Made by a program: the position numbers and the translations under genes. This document shows, one piece after another, positions 26,265 to 40,402 of a stretch of 64,000 nucleotides of DNA (within the stretch, counting starts at the first letter, position 1; every line of letters starts with the position of its first letter). The notes beneath the pieces are model-generated. The model was given only the letters and a program-made list of their open reading frames with translations. It did not search any database and was not told the DNA's origin. The stretch lies in contig NMRA01000949.1 of the NCBI GenBank assembly GCA_002633005.1, forward strand, positions 26,799-90,798, written 5' to 3'. Source of the DNA: Phoronis australis (lineage: Eukaryota > Animalia > Phoronida).

Positions 26265-29200
26265 GTGGGACGTTTCGTCGCTGTTTGTACAGCTCTTGAC
26301 CGAAGGGCTTGGGGTTTAAAAACACTACGCTCACACTTGAATTGTTACCGAATGAGTTCGCAACCAGGTCACGCAACTGTAGGGTTGGCCACCCCCAATA
26401 AACTCTGAAGCGTTTTCTTGTACCGCTGATTGTTTTGATGTTCTTGTTCCTAATGCACATAGGACCCAGTCACAGCAAGGAATATTGTGAGGCCAGTTTT
26501 TATGAGAATAAAAGGTTTAATTTCAGTTTCGTTTTAAGCCAGCTACACAAGGCGACAACCAGCTTATTTTTACTGTCAGAGATTTATTCAGTACATCTTC
26601 AACATTTTCTATCACCAAATGGAAATAGACGAGCGTGCGATTAGTCGTTTCAAGCACCGCTGTGTTTCTCGCTTGTGGAGTGTTTTTTACAAAATCAATC
26701 CGATCGGTGAAGTTGTATGCTTCGATATTAGATTTTTTATAGTTTAAAAGAACGTACTACAAAACTAAATTGAAACATAACATAACAATAGACATTACTT
26801 TGTGGAATACTTGGTTATTTCTTCTTTAAACATGGTGTCTCTTAAACATGTTCATAATCTTTGAACACATGGTACGCTGGACATTAGTTTTTCTTCACAA
26901 CAAAACCTAGACGCCGGTATCCTAGCTTAAACTTCTGATGCTACGAGTTTCATAATAAATACAAGCAACGATTTTGGTAGATTGACATCAGCCAGAAATC
27001 TTTGAATGTTATTGTAACGTAATCTGTGATTGACTGTGAATCTTTCACGGAAAAGACTATTTATTTCTCGAATAAGTCGACACCTACAGTAGCTGCACAA
27101 CCTCGATTGAGGAAATTCAAGCCTTGGGAATGAAATTACCGTAGGTAGTAACTTAAAGCCACAAGATAAATTCCTCGAGATTCTAATCTTTGAACAGTGC
27201 CAATTGGTCATCAACTAAACCAGATATCTTTATTGCATAACAAAATACACCTATATACAACGTATGCAGGTGTGCACCTATTCGTGTGTCAGTCCTCCAT
27301 ACCTTGGCCTCTTATTCGGAAGTCATGATTTGTACATTTATAAATCTAGTCAATTTTATAGTAGTTCATGGCAAATCTTTGCAACTGTTCAAATGTGGAC
27401 ATTTAGTTTCAGCTTATATAAATAATGCTTAACTTAGCAAAAAGCTCCGAGTGCGTACAAGCATTTTATCTCCGGCGCCTGGAAAACCAAACAATGTTTC
27501 CTTCGCAGAAATAAATATTTCGCTATCAAACAATTGCTTCAACCAGTCTCCATTGAGGTCATACAACAGACCAATCCCAAAATAAATGAATCTCAGTTTC
27601 CGCGGAAGGTGAACAGTTTAGAGTCTGACTGTTTAATTTTCACAAGACTGGCCTTGATTTTCAAAATCTATGATGTAGTCTAAACTGAAACTATTTCATC
27701 TGTAAATCACAATAAAATCCAAAACCCCTGTAGTGTTTTTCCAGTAAACAATAAAATCCTCCATGTTTAAACATGACGAAGGTCTTGTGTAACTAAGGTA
27801 GAAACTCACGTTCATACTTCAGTGCAAAATATTTTGATATATCTGACACTGCCTACTTAAGTACGAACCTTTGATGTCCCTTAAATAACTTCAAACACGA
27901 GTTCAAATCCGGCGATATTTCGAATATAGACTCGGATTTATAGGTTCACAGGGGCAATCAAGTAAGAACGTAGACTAGAAACTCATCTGCCAAACTCCAG
28001 CCAAACAATTGTTTTGATTTCGTACTATAACAGAACAGAAAATTCGAAATCCCAAGTTTGCGTTTTTAGCTACAGTAGAATCTAGGTGTCATGAAAAGCG
28101 AAACTGGACGCGTCAATCTGCGTAAACCCTCATATATTGAGCGCACTATCACACTTAATTGAGTTTATACCCAAGTAGGACATAAACATGAAAAATAATT
28201 TGCAGTTCTAGCTCTAAGATGTAACGGCTAATTTCGGGTGTGCCAAGGTCTTCAGAATTGAGGTAACTCTTGCGAAATGACGAAGTCGGCGTGTCTCAAA
28301 TGAAAACAAGCCAGAGATGGTGCACTGTGCCTATAAGACAATTCTTAAAGAACCATTGAGGCAGGACACTGCTGTACAATTGCACAGCGTTGTATGATAG
28401 ATAGTCGGACCTGTTCCAGCCAAAGGCTGGATGCAATTTTCGTACTTTGGTGTAATTTCCTATTTTGAAAAAATAATACCTTAAATCGGATTAATATTCT
28501 GCAACTTTAGTTTAGTAGATACACGTACGTGATTAGGTGCGGAAGGTATCCCCTCCATTATGAAACAATTGCTTTGCCGCTCGATCTGAAGTCAGTGACG
28601 TAGTCTCTTTCCAATACGAATGTGTTCACGCCATCTGAAGCGTATTATAATTTCTAGAAGTACACTATTTCGTAACTGCTACCGTCGACACTGTGAACTA
28701 TAGGCTATCTGTAATAACTCTAAATTTCTTCCGTATACTCAACCGGTCATGCTTTTACAACTGTGTATTTGGATACCATCATACTGGCTTTGTTGTAAAG
28801 TAAAATACTTGTCCTATGCTCCATTGAAATACAAAGAGACCGTACACTGAGTCTTCAGGGTTTGAAAGTTATATCCATTTGGTGTGAACGCAGCATTGGA
28901 TTCGTTCCAGCTAATTTCTTATACCCCCAGGAGCATATTACATCTCCGTTTTTATAGCAGTTCCGCTTATAGACGGTGGGAAGATGTGATCGGCGATAAA
29001 CAGTGACAGATGTAAACATGATGTCACCGCAGTCAACACTAATGCAACATTTCCAAGATTGTCTATGTGTGTATTTGACATTGTCTGCGAATGCACAGGT
29101 ATTTACCTGACTACCAGCTGTTTTCAAATTAAACAGGTGGACAGGTAGTGTCCAGTCAAGCACATGCTTGAAACAGCTATGGGTTGTAGAAAGGTTGTGG

Positions 29201-29319
29201 TGTCGATACAGTTACACATTGAGACAAGAATCAATAATATTTTGATTGCGACGTGGGTAGCTGTTGAACTAAAGTAGATGACGTAGTCTTTATTGGGAAA
29301 TGGAGAGTGCGTTTCAAAC

Positions 29320-29579
29320 GAGGCCTGTCTCATGAAAGTCCCTGAGACTGGCAGAAATTTGGTCATACGCTTCCACTTCGCAAATGCAGACAAAAGGTTA
29401 GCCAAGGAATTTGAGCGGGTCAAAATGTAGAAATAATTTGAAGATATTATCTCGGCAAATATCAGATACAATATCAGAGACTGCACTTTTGCTCAGGTGA
29501 TATTTAACTCCTTTTCTAAAATAGGTGTGTGGAGCGTAAGACCAAATTTCTTAACTCACCTTTTCATGAAACCGACCCC
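29320..29579 (-). mobile_element. MITE family B copy, inverted
   Basis: TIRs gaggcctgtctcatgaaagtc ... cttttcatgaaaccgacccc. Contains 'gtgtggagcgtaa', the reverse complement of the B core ttacgctccacac. Confidence 0.65.
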
Positions 29580-31568
29580 TGGAATAACGACGTTTTAAAC
29601 TCTGGATAAGAACGACATTTCCCTTACAATGTGTCCAAGGGTTGAACATTGCAGCTAAATTTCAACGAGAAGAACAAATTTCTAATCGAATACACGAGAT
29701 TAATTAAAGCTACTGCACCTTGCCATTTCCTTTAAAAAACGCAGGAAACAATGAATGTCACTAATCAAAAGATATTATAAAAAATAAAAAAAAAATAAAA
29801 AGAAAAATATTATAAAAGTACAAACATCTCGTATAAATTCCTCGAAGTATCCGATAGGCATTCCTTCAGGTTTCTAAGTGTAGTTTAATGAGCAACACAA
29901 AAATTAAAATATTTGATTGGACGTTCGCGTCTGTCGGTTTCGTCAGTGTAAATAATCGTCACACACGGTGTGTAGTTCTTACTTTGACGGGGACTAATTA
30001 AAAACTGTGTTCATTAAGAACCGAGTAATCGCAGCTCCTGACACAAACATCTTACCAACCATCTGCGATCAGAAGTAAAAAGCCTAAAGCAATCAGATCA
30101 GCAGCGCCTCCGGCACTAATGATTACCAGTTATTACACTGAGATTGCTTGCTCCGCGATGAAAGACTTTTATCTTTATAAAAAGCTTAATTGAACGCTCC
30201 AGGAATGAATGGAAACAGACTGGCTGATTGGGAAGGCAGACAACCAATTACCTGTCAGCAAAAAGCAGCTACCAGAGCGGAAAACGCATGGTGCACAACT
30301 CCGCATGAGTTTTTAGTGATTTCATGCCTTCCAGGGATCGTGATGGAATTTCATAAATTGAAGAGTAGATTATTTTGTCGCGATTAAAGGCCCATATTTC
30401 TTGTTAAAATGGAATACAACGGTAATAAATCTCAGTAAAACTCAGTTGTGTAAGCGCTGTGCACACGCTTAAAAGATTTTGCAAGTCTGAAGCAGGTTAC
30501 GTACGTGCACATGTTTTCCGTTTTTCCTTTCCCGTCTTGGGTGTGTGAGCTTAGTTGTGAGGGGTGTGTGCAAAACTAAGTCTTCGTTTTTAATTACGTA
30601 TAGTTTGGAAAATTGTCATCAGTGTTATAGAAATTTCACTTGCATACCGCCCAAATAACAAAACTATTCATCAAAGATAACTGTTTAACCTTCATTACTT
30701 AAAGCAGAAGGGACGCAATCGGCGATTATGAGTATTAAGGTTATGTGCGTTTAGTACCCAAGAAAAATGCAAATCTGGCTAACTTCGGAACGGTATATCT
30801 CAGAACTGGCCAACACGATTCATATGAAACTTTCAGTTACTTTATATACTACCAAGAGGTGCTTGTAAAATGGTCCACTTTTGTCCGAGGAGTTATCAAA
30901 ATGGGACTTCTATGATTTTTTGAAAACTCAAAAGTTATAAAACGAAAACGAAATGATCAGTAACAATGTTCTTGAGATTTCACCTTAAACATTTGTAAAT
31001 ATTGTCACGTGACCCAATTAACATCAGATTGGCAAAGGGTAAAAAAATACAATTTTACAGGCTTCCTACACTTAACAAATATATACTTTTACAAAGTTAA
31101 TTTCTATAATTTTGTAGATATCTGCACAAATACACATACTTGTCGATAGGGTGCTTAATATACCCAATCATCACAAACTCGGCCAATGTCCCTTCAAGGC
31201 AACACGCACAATGTTAAAAAATACACATGAACTAAACGAAATAAAATATTCCGAAACATAACAGAAACGTTGACACATATCAATCATGCAGAGAAGTATA
31301 ACCTACGAAAATTTAAAAAATCATTTCCGAAGTGGTGATATATGTGTGCCTGTCCATGGTTCTCAACTTAGCTAGTCGCGCCGTCTCTCTCATATCACGT
31401 GCACTTTAACTGGCGAGCCAATAATCCAATCAACTATGTATAACAAGGCAAAATCAAATAGAAGTACAAAGTGAACCTGAAACTGGTCGATGATCACGTA
31501 GAATATGATGATCACAAACTAATTATAACGATGGAAATAAATATGGTGATGTAAATATGGTGATGTTA

Positions 31569-32301
<733 letters not shown>

Positions 32302-33469
32302 AAAAACACTATGAAATTCATGTGTGAACAACTAGCTCTCTCCATGTTTTTTCTGACCATTTGGCTGTTGACCACTAGACGGGAGGGTAGCCAGTAATTG
32401 CGTGTATGACTCATGATAACGCAGTCATAAAAATACATGTATTTTCTTATTTGATAGAATATCTATAATTTAGTGAGGTTAATGTTTCGGAGTTCACCAT
32501 TCAACTATGTTTTGGACAGGTTATACCCTGTACGTACCGCATATATTTATGTTAAGTCAGGTTGTTGATGAATACATCTTACTAAATTGTAAGAACTGTC
32601 TATTCCCGATAAATTCTTAACAACATAGTAACTCGAAAACCGAGCTATCACTGACGAGAAGTTGCTAAATACAATAATTGATGCACGCTGAGCCAATGAT
32701 CTGTAAATGACCTGTATCGAGCGCCATCTATTTTACTTTCGGAAAGTGAATGCGTCGCAAGTGCTTACAACTGCAAAAGCCGATGAATAACGAACGCGAC
32801 GTCGTAACCTAATACTCATTCTTGGAAACAAAAAAACCCCTGAAACTCATGCCATAGTAATTTTGAACCATACGGAATGACATGATAGCAAGCTGTTGGT
32901 GAAAGAGCGTTTCGTTGTAATTCTCGCCACCGACTTAAAACGCATGGCCCCTTAAAAGCCGCCAATTAGTCCAAAAAGCAAAGTTGATTCTCATTTCCAC
33001 TTGGACTCATTTTGAAACCTGAGCTTACCAATTGAAAAAAAAAACGGTAACCCGCATCAGTTTGAACCAATGTCTTTTTTGTAAAAGTGACAGTCTTAAG
33101 AAAAGTACGTCACCACCGACTCCATTTTCAAAAAAAAAGTAAAAACTATGCTACTTTGTTATCATTGTTGAATCAACGAAATGACCAACCGACGTCTCGC
33201 GACGATTTTGCTGGCTAATCTTGGATGTCACGTCATAAAACGGCTCGATCTTTGGGGATTTTGTTAATGGTAGGTTATGTGCGATAGTCCCAGACAGAAT
33301 TCAGATTTTTGGATCTCAAGAGCACCCGTGGTCATGGTTATATTTGATGGCAACTAGGTCTCTAAAAAGCTCTTTTTCCCATTCCGAGTTTTGCTACCAT
33401 AAAAGTGTTTAACATTGGAACATATTTGACCCATAGCAAGAAGATTAAAACTCTTTTGTATAATTGCAG

Positions 33470-33639
33470 TCCTTGCCAACCACACCCAGTCCATAGAGAA
33501 CGCTAGACGTGACACGGACGAGCAGCGACTGTTGCAGTACTTGATGACCGGTTACCAGAAGGCGGTTCGCCCGGTGCTCAACGCATCCACTGCAGTCAAG
33601 GTGCATTTGGGTCTCACTCTCAACCAGATATTTGACGTG
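33470..33639 (+). CDS. nAChR alpha subunit, coding exon 2
   Basis: Acceptor ttgcag|, donor |gtaggt. Encodes (V)LANHTQSIENARRDTDEQRLLQYLMTGYQKAVRPVLNASTAVKVHLGLTLNQIFDV, with the E-x-R-L...Y...RPV motif of Cys-loop receptor N-termini. Not in the supplied ORF track. Confidence 0.95.
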
Positions 33640-35201
33640 GTAGGTCCTTGCAAAAATTACGCTTGGCGTTGTTTTAAAATTTTCAATGGCTGAACTGGAT
33701 TGTCTTCGCCAGCTCTTCTGGGACTACTGGCAAAGTCACGTGATTGGTTTGTCATCAGGAAGTTGTCCTACATACACACCAATCAGTAACTCTAGGCATA
33801 CGCTTGAATCTCGCTAAAAAGCTAGACTTCACGAGATATTATTGTGTATTCTAAATTAGAACACGTGATTTTGGCTAAATTTTCTAGTCGCGGCTCTAGT
33901 GAACTCTACCCAGATGTCAAATGATTGACTGTGGGTTTGTTTAAAATGTAGCTATGCTTTGAGATTGTGCGTAGATGGAAAGTGAATAATCAAATCCAGT
34001 AATTAATTTATTACATGATAACCCCTAATTAGACAAATGAAACCTATTGTTAATTACGTAATCAACTACAAAGAGTAACTACGCTAGCGCCCTCTTTAAA
34101 AATTACTTTAATAAAACTACCAAAACAATCAAATGTCTTATCTGCTATCCAAGCTAGGACTCTCCACTTGTTGGATGTCTGTCCTGTTGATGAATCTTCG
34201 AACTACACACACTGTATAGCGACAGTGTGCTCGCTGGTCACCGTCTTTGGTGATGCAACACTTGCAGGCAATTTTTTCTACCTGCGATTCTTCTTGCTGG
34301 TCACAGTCTCTGGCTGATGACGCAACACTTCAGGTAGTATCTTACTACCCACAATGCAAGTGACAAGCTCTTAGTTAACTTCCTGTTCGTTAACCCTTGC
34401 CCTTGCCAAGATCCCTTCTAGAATCTTCCACGAGATGGCTCTGTCGTAAAACTGCTTCTGTACACCGTAGCAAGTCTTTATACTTCAACTACTATAGCGC
34501 ATCTAATTATCTTGTTGATTTCAGCCCATAATATAGCATTCTACTTATTTAGTGATTGGCTAATAAAAACCACATGATCTTATCCACTCATATTACTGGC
34601 TGTTACAATTTGTTCTCAGAATATTCTAGAATCTCTAGAGTACTTTGACCCCAGAACCCAAAGTTGTAAACACCATCTAAAAATAGATTTTGACGTTAAA
34701 ATACATGTCAACAAGTCTGACCCCATGATTTAAAAGTACATATGCACAAATTTTGGGCAACTTATAATGGATCTATTCTTACTAATTACTTAATCAATAT
34801 TTATTCTGACACCAGATATCGCTGGTTGACCCGGCTGAACGGGCGAAGTCAATTAAGTACAGCCAGTGATCAAATTTTCTAAAAGAAACCTTACATATCA
34901 TATTAGACATGTACATAGTTTTCCCGTAAACGCGATTACCCAGAATACAGTAGTAGTCCGCCATCTTTAAAGGCAAGCTTTCGCCATATAAGGCCCGGGA
35001 AGGTTTTGTCGATCTGAGGGAATTTAAAATTGCGACGACCTTGGATAACCGTGGATCATGGGCAGAGCTAAAACATTGAGCCGATCTAGGACAGTTCAAA
35101 GTTCTAAGACCATCAGACTTTTCCAAACTTAAGCACCCCGGGAAACTTGAATTTGTTAATAAAACTACCCTCACTGATCTCATCGCCATATTTTGGTGTA
35201 G

Positions 35202-35356
35202 GACGAGAAGAACCAAGTACTTGTGATCCACGTATGGCTAGACCAGGAGTGGGTGGATGAAAAACTAATATGGGATCCGGCCAAGTACAACGGACTTAAG
35301 GTTCTACGAGTGCCCTGCTCACTATTATGGCTTCCAGACATTGTCCTCTACAATAG
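35202..35356 (+). CDS. nAChR alpha subunit, coding exon 3 (155 nt)
   Basis: Acceptor gtgtag|, donor |gtaagt. Encodes DEKNQVLVIHVWLDQEWVDEKLIWDPAKYNGLKVLRVPCSLLWLPDIVLYN(S), with the loop D Trp and loop A WxPDIVLYN. Not in the ORF track. Confidence 0.97.
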
Positions 35357-37193
35357 GTAAGTGTTGAGCGTTGTCGTAGCTGCAGTCTTTTTGTCCTGTA
35401 ACAACACAAGGGAAGGCAATTTGACGTTTGTTGTGTACCTAGATGCAGCTTGAAGCATTTGATATTCGAAACGTCCTCGCAATTTAAGCTGGGTGATTTT
35501 TCGAAAAATCACGATATTTTGTGCTCTCCTTCCGTAACATTATTAACCAAGAGATGTCTCTACATGGTGCCTCGTTTGCCTATCACAAGCTCAGAAATTG
35601 AAAAGATTCACAACGTCATACTCTTTTAACACACTGAATGATGAAGAGATATAACTTATACTGGTGAAATCTCCAACTTTCTAGTTCTGTTGATAACCAT
35701 TACAAATAATGCAACAAGTAGCAATGTCTCAAAACTTTAACTGAAGAGTGTTACTTACACGTTTTCACACCAGTTTTTGTGATAGTTTGGAGAGCTTTCT
35801 GCAGTTCAAACAATGGTCACAACTAATTTGACTTAGTGATATACGTGGAGTGGGAGACTAGAAAACATATTTTCCTTTAAAACAAAGTTAAATTAACATT
35901 GCCGTGGACCCAAATATTCTAAAATTTGATCAAAATCACGGATGTCAGTTCCTATCTAACTTGATGAATCAACAAGGCTGACTTATTTTCTTGAAAATTC
36001 AGGGTTTACTTTAATTTTTTGGGGGTCGGGAGGTCTACGAAAAGAGGAAATTGAAGGGACGGAACTCTGGTTGGGAACTCTTGCCAGTTCTGCCAGTTCA
36101 ACTGGGTAGGACTTCCGATTGGTCTGTAAGCCGTAAGTCGCCATCGTGAACCAATCAGACGTCTTAACTGTTTGACCAGGCTGAACCGGCGAAGCCAATC
36201 AAGTGCAATTACTGTAACTTCAGTTCTCTTTGGAGCGTGTAGATTTTGGTATACGGACAAAACCGCTGACAAGATACAGTGAAACTCAAACAAAAATGAT
36301 TATAATTTTAGCAACTTCCGCAGTCGACGTTACATGAAAAGATAGATAGTCTTAATTTTTGACAGCCGTGATAACGTTCGCGAGAACGTTGCATTTGTAC
36401 ACACAAAAACGTGCAGTCTGTGATCATGAGGGACTTTAAAAACAACCACTCAGTTTTATGAGTTTACAGTCAATATCTAAAACGACATTCAAGACATTGA
36501 TTACCCTTAAAATGCCAGTTTGGAGAAATGTTATGTTGGTTTTACTTAAATCTGGTTTGTTGCCTGCTAGTACTTCATTCTGTCACAAAGTTGTTCAGGG
36601 TGGCTGTGTTACATCTATCAATTTATTTCAACATTTAAGTCCTTGGCCTACATGTTACATAAAATTTACAGGATGACGCTGAGCAGCTTTTCCCTGAGGG
36701 CAGTGGCGTGAAATACAAATTTCATTAGATTAATCTGAGCAATAGGCTCCGACATTTTCATTAGCTTTACAAATTTATGTTTATTTGGTTCACGCCAGCA
36801 AGCTATGGTTGGAGCAACGTAATTTAGGCATAGCTGCTAAAAGGATATAAGGCATATCACTCAACAGATAGGATTCCATTTCAAAATCAATTTTAAATGA
36901 GGAATATGTATTAAGTTTTGAGCTATTCTCCACACAAATGCTCCAGTTACTTCCAACTCCCAGTAGTTGCTTACAGAGGTGGATTTCTTGGCCCTAAACG
37001 TTCGCAACACAGGGTAATGCAGCATAGGTTGTTGGCTGTTTTCAAACAATTTGTTTCAAATGCTTGAAGAATGACGATGATTACAGAGAATGCATATCAA
37101 ACCTATTTCAAAGACAGTTAATGCATGTTTGTTTGTTTGTTTGTTAAAACATGACGCATTTATGAAGGACACATTACAATTGTATCGTTGCAG

Positions 37194-37371
37194 CGTAGAT
37201 GAAAACCGCGGCTACATGCAGGCTCTAGCCATGGTCGAGCATACGGGTACGGTGTTCTGGCCGCCCATAGTGAAGTTCCAGAGCACGTGCATCATAGACA
37301 TCAAGTATTTTCCGTTCGATGACCAGATCTGCCATCTCAAGCTGGGTTCTTGGGCGTATGACGGGACGCAG
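37194..37371 (+). CDS. nAChR alpha subunit, coding exon 4 (Cys-loop, loop B)
   Basis: Acceptor ttgcag|, donor |gtaaga. Encodes VDENRGYMQALAMVEHTGTVFWPPIVKFQSTCIIDIKYFPFDDQICHLKLGSWAYDGTQ, with a C-x13-C Cys-loop and GSWxY. Confidence 0.97.
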
Positions 37372-37836
37372 GTAAGAGACGCGGGAACAGTTACCTGCAC
37401 CACCGTCAGAGGTTCTTTTAAAAACTCACGATTCTGTTTTACTTGTGAAACCTCTTGTACGTTTTTACTCCTGCAACATGGGTTTTCTTTTGAAGAGTGA
37501 CAATGAGTTTGTGCTAACGATTCGCCAAACATTAAATAAACAGAGACTCACTTAACAATGTTCACGAAAGATTTATGTTTGCCATTCCACCCTGGCTTGT
37601 AAACGCTTAATACTTTCGATAGATTCAGTATCCTTTTGGCGTGAATTGCCACTTAAAAGAAAAGTGCAATAATTATCAGCATACGGAAGGAAATGCTGAT
37701 GGCAACTTTTTGCATGGCTAAGCCTTTTTATTTGCTTATAATTTGCTATTTTTGAACCAAATCAGACATGCCTGCTCAGTTGCTTTAAGACTACAAAAAA
37801 TGAACTGACGCAGATGTTTTTGTATGCCATTGTTAG

Positions 37837-38191
37837 GTAGACGTGCACAAACGGAACGAAGGTGTCGACTTGTCAAACTACGTTTCTAACGGCGAGTGGG
37901 AAATGGTAAAGTTCGAAGCCCGCCGTAACGTTGTCTACTATGCGTGCTGCCCGGAGCCCTATCCGGATGTGACTTTCTACTTGCACTTGCGCAGAAGGAC
38001 TTTGTATTACACGACCAACATAATAATTCCGTGTGTGATGCTGTCCGCGCTGACTTTGCTTGGCTTCTGGATGAGGCCGGATTCAGGAGAAAAGGTTACT
38101 CTGGGACTGACGGTGCTACTAGCTTTCTCGGTGTTCATGTTGTTAATAGCCGAAAACATGCCGGCCACCTCTTTCTTTGTGCCTCTTATAG
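37837..38191 (+). CDS. nAChR alpha subunit, coding exon 5 (loop C, TM1, TM2)
   Basis: Acceptor tgttag|, donor |gtaagt. Contains NGEW, YACCPEPY (vicinal cysteines define an alpha subunit), TM1 NIIIPC, PDSGEKVTLGLTVLLAFSVF (cation-type filter) and ENMPATSFFVPLI(G). Confidence 0.98.
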
Positions 38192-39338
38192 GTAAGTGTC
38201 AATCATTGCAATCCATTCGTCACAGAAGTCTTCATTATGAAAACGTTTTGTTGTTTCAGTTCAAATCATTTTTCCTTTTTGCTTCATTGAAGATTTAAAT
38301 TTTCCAAAACAGTATAACGATAATTCCATTCCCAGTTTTAAGTAAAAGACGCTTCGTGCTCATTGGACAAGAGAAAATCGGACATAATGCATGGTTGATA
38401 GTTTTCACTAGTACGAAGAGTTGTCAGTCCAAATCCTGTGCTTCCCTTTAGCCTACATATATATTAGAGACGTAACCTGTCCGTAAATAAGTATTCACAG
38501 ACGCGGCTAAGGTAGACACTGCGACAAAACGTTGAATGTCGTTAAGTTGTATGGGACGCTGGGTAAAGGGGAACGCGTAAACGTCATTTAAAAGTAGATA
38601 ACTCGATTTGGATTTTTTATTCAGATCTGTCTTTCAAGTCACAGTTTGTTCTGTAAAAGGCTTGGTTGTCGTAATTATAAGGTTCATAAACCATAGCCTG
38701 ATAGCGTCTTTCTCCCTGTGAATGCTGATGGAGGAATTACTTTACTTCTCTCTGCGACTTTGACCTCAGCAAGGAACGCCGCCAACTGTCTATACTACAT
38801 TTACAAAGCGTCATAACAACCACAACATGGTGGCCCAGATACGGATCCACGTTCACGACCAACTTAGGTGTCTCACAACGGAACATTTTATCCTCCGTTG
38901 CAGCATCAAGGTCAGGGCAGGCGTTCCAAACTCCTAGGTCCCTGTATCCATGCTTGAAACAGTTAAGATCTTAATTGACTTGCGTACTATATCCATTGAA
39001 GCACTTGATTCACTCCGCTTATTCAGGTGGCAGGCGGCGGGGCCCAAACTATAGCTAGGACATAAAGCATTTGTTCGGTCTGCGAGAACGCAAGATCATA
39101 CAAAACCTCGCAAAATGTGTCCATGTATTACAATTGCGAAGCACCTGGTCACTCTAGCTTCTTTTGTGAGATTACTGCGTCTGAACTCATCCTTGGATTA
39201 TTCGCATAAGACGGCAGTCATGAGCGAAAACCAATCAGGGACCTTAGCTTGTTAATTAGGGTGAACAAATGAGTTGGAATGAATCAAATGCCGCAGCCAT
39301 TGACGTAAACTTGTTGCTTAGCTTATCGTTTTTTTCAG

Positions 39339-39913
39339 GTATTTACATAACCATCGTGATGTCATTGACATCAATATCAGTGATTGCATCAGTCTTAGTT
39401 TCGAACATACACAACGAAGGCACGAGGGACCGACCAGTCCCCAAGTACGTGCAGAAGGCCATTAAAGCGGTTGCATGCTTCGCGTTCATTCGGCGACCGT
39501 TGTTTCAAGATGACGACGACGACGTCGACACCAAAAGCGAACGACAGAACTCATATCGGTCTTGCAACGGTGAAAAAGACGCTGAGCATAATCTGATTGC
39601 TTATGAGAACGGTAACAACTCAGTGCCGCCAACGATGTACGGCGGACAAAATGTGGAGAAAGACTGTGACGCAATACTGCAGAAACTGCGGACTATAATG
39701 GACAAACAACAGGAAACGATGAAGAAACAAAACTGGTCACAACATTGGCACGACGTGGCAGAGGTCACCGATAGATGTCTCTTTTGGTTGTATTTTCTGG
39801 CCACCTTGTCGGCGACTCTGGTAGTATTGGTGATTATACCTCTGACGAAGGAAGCGATAACCATTGACTCATTTCTGGCAAAGTCAAAAACAGCTAGCGA
39901 CACTCCGCTATGA
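39339..39913 (+). CDS. nAChR alpha subunit, coding exon 6 (TM3, intracellular loop, TM4, stop)
   Basis: Acceptor tttttcag| in phase 1. Encodes GIYITIVMSLTSISVIASVLVSNIH (TM3) ... WHDVAEVTDRCLFWLYF (TM4) ... DTPL*. The six exons sum to 49+170+155+178+355+575 = 1482 nt, in frame with no internal stop. Confidence 0.96.
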
Positions 39914-40029
39914 TTTAGCATTGTTATCTGTATCGCGTGTTTGCATTTTGAGTAGTATTTGGAGAATTTCATATAGAAGCAACATTACTTGGGGAGAGAC
40001 ATGATTTACGGCCAGGTAAAAAATAACCA

Positions 40030-40402
40030 GAGCCCGGAGTCTAATCCCCGAATTTGAACAGTAGAACACACGGATTTATTTTGATATTTTCCACTCTTAT
40101 TATGGCAGAAAATCGCTGTGGCTATGATTGCGTGCTCTGTTATGCAGAGGATTACGCACATGCGTTTCTGTCTAAGTCTTCTCACGATCATGATCCCTAA
40201 CTTCATTGGCTGCTCAATCTAGAGTTCAAGCTAAAGATTCTAGATTCAAATTAGTCTAACTTATAGCTTTAAAGTTGGAGTAATTAAGTGCAAACAAAGA
40301 TTAAAAATTCACACTAACTCAAAAAATACTTCAATGCGGAATCGTAGACACTTGAGCAAAACTTAATTTTAAGTTCGAGGTTGGAGATAAAAGCCCGGGC
40401 CC
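40030..40402. mobile_element. Degenerate MITE-like element just downstream of the stop codon
   Basis: gagcccggagtctaatcccc ... ggagataaaagcccgggccc is an imperfect inverted repeat (about 14/20). Confidence 0.35.

Noticed and set aside
30735-31220. Third Kolobok-like element (ttaaggttatgtgcg ... cgcacaatgttaa)
   Set aside because: The texture is suggestive but the inverted match is short and gapped, so the boundaries cannot be supported.
37090-37500. Full-length ORFs 37090-37500, 37843-38298 and 39269-39913 as separate genes
   Set aside because: They are exons 4-6 with read-through into intron sequence. Homology stops at the splice sites.
37833-37840. Tandem acceptor TAG-GTAG at exon 5
   Set aside because: The downstream AG would shift the frame by 4 nt, and the sequence gives no evidence that it is used.
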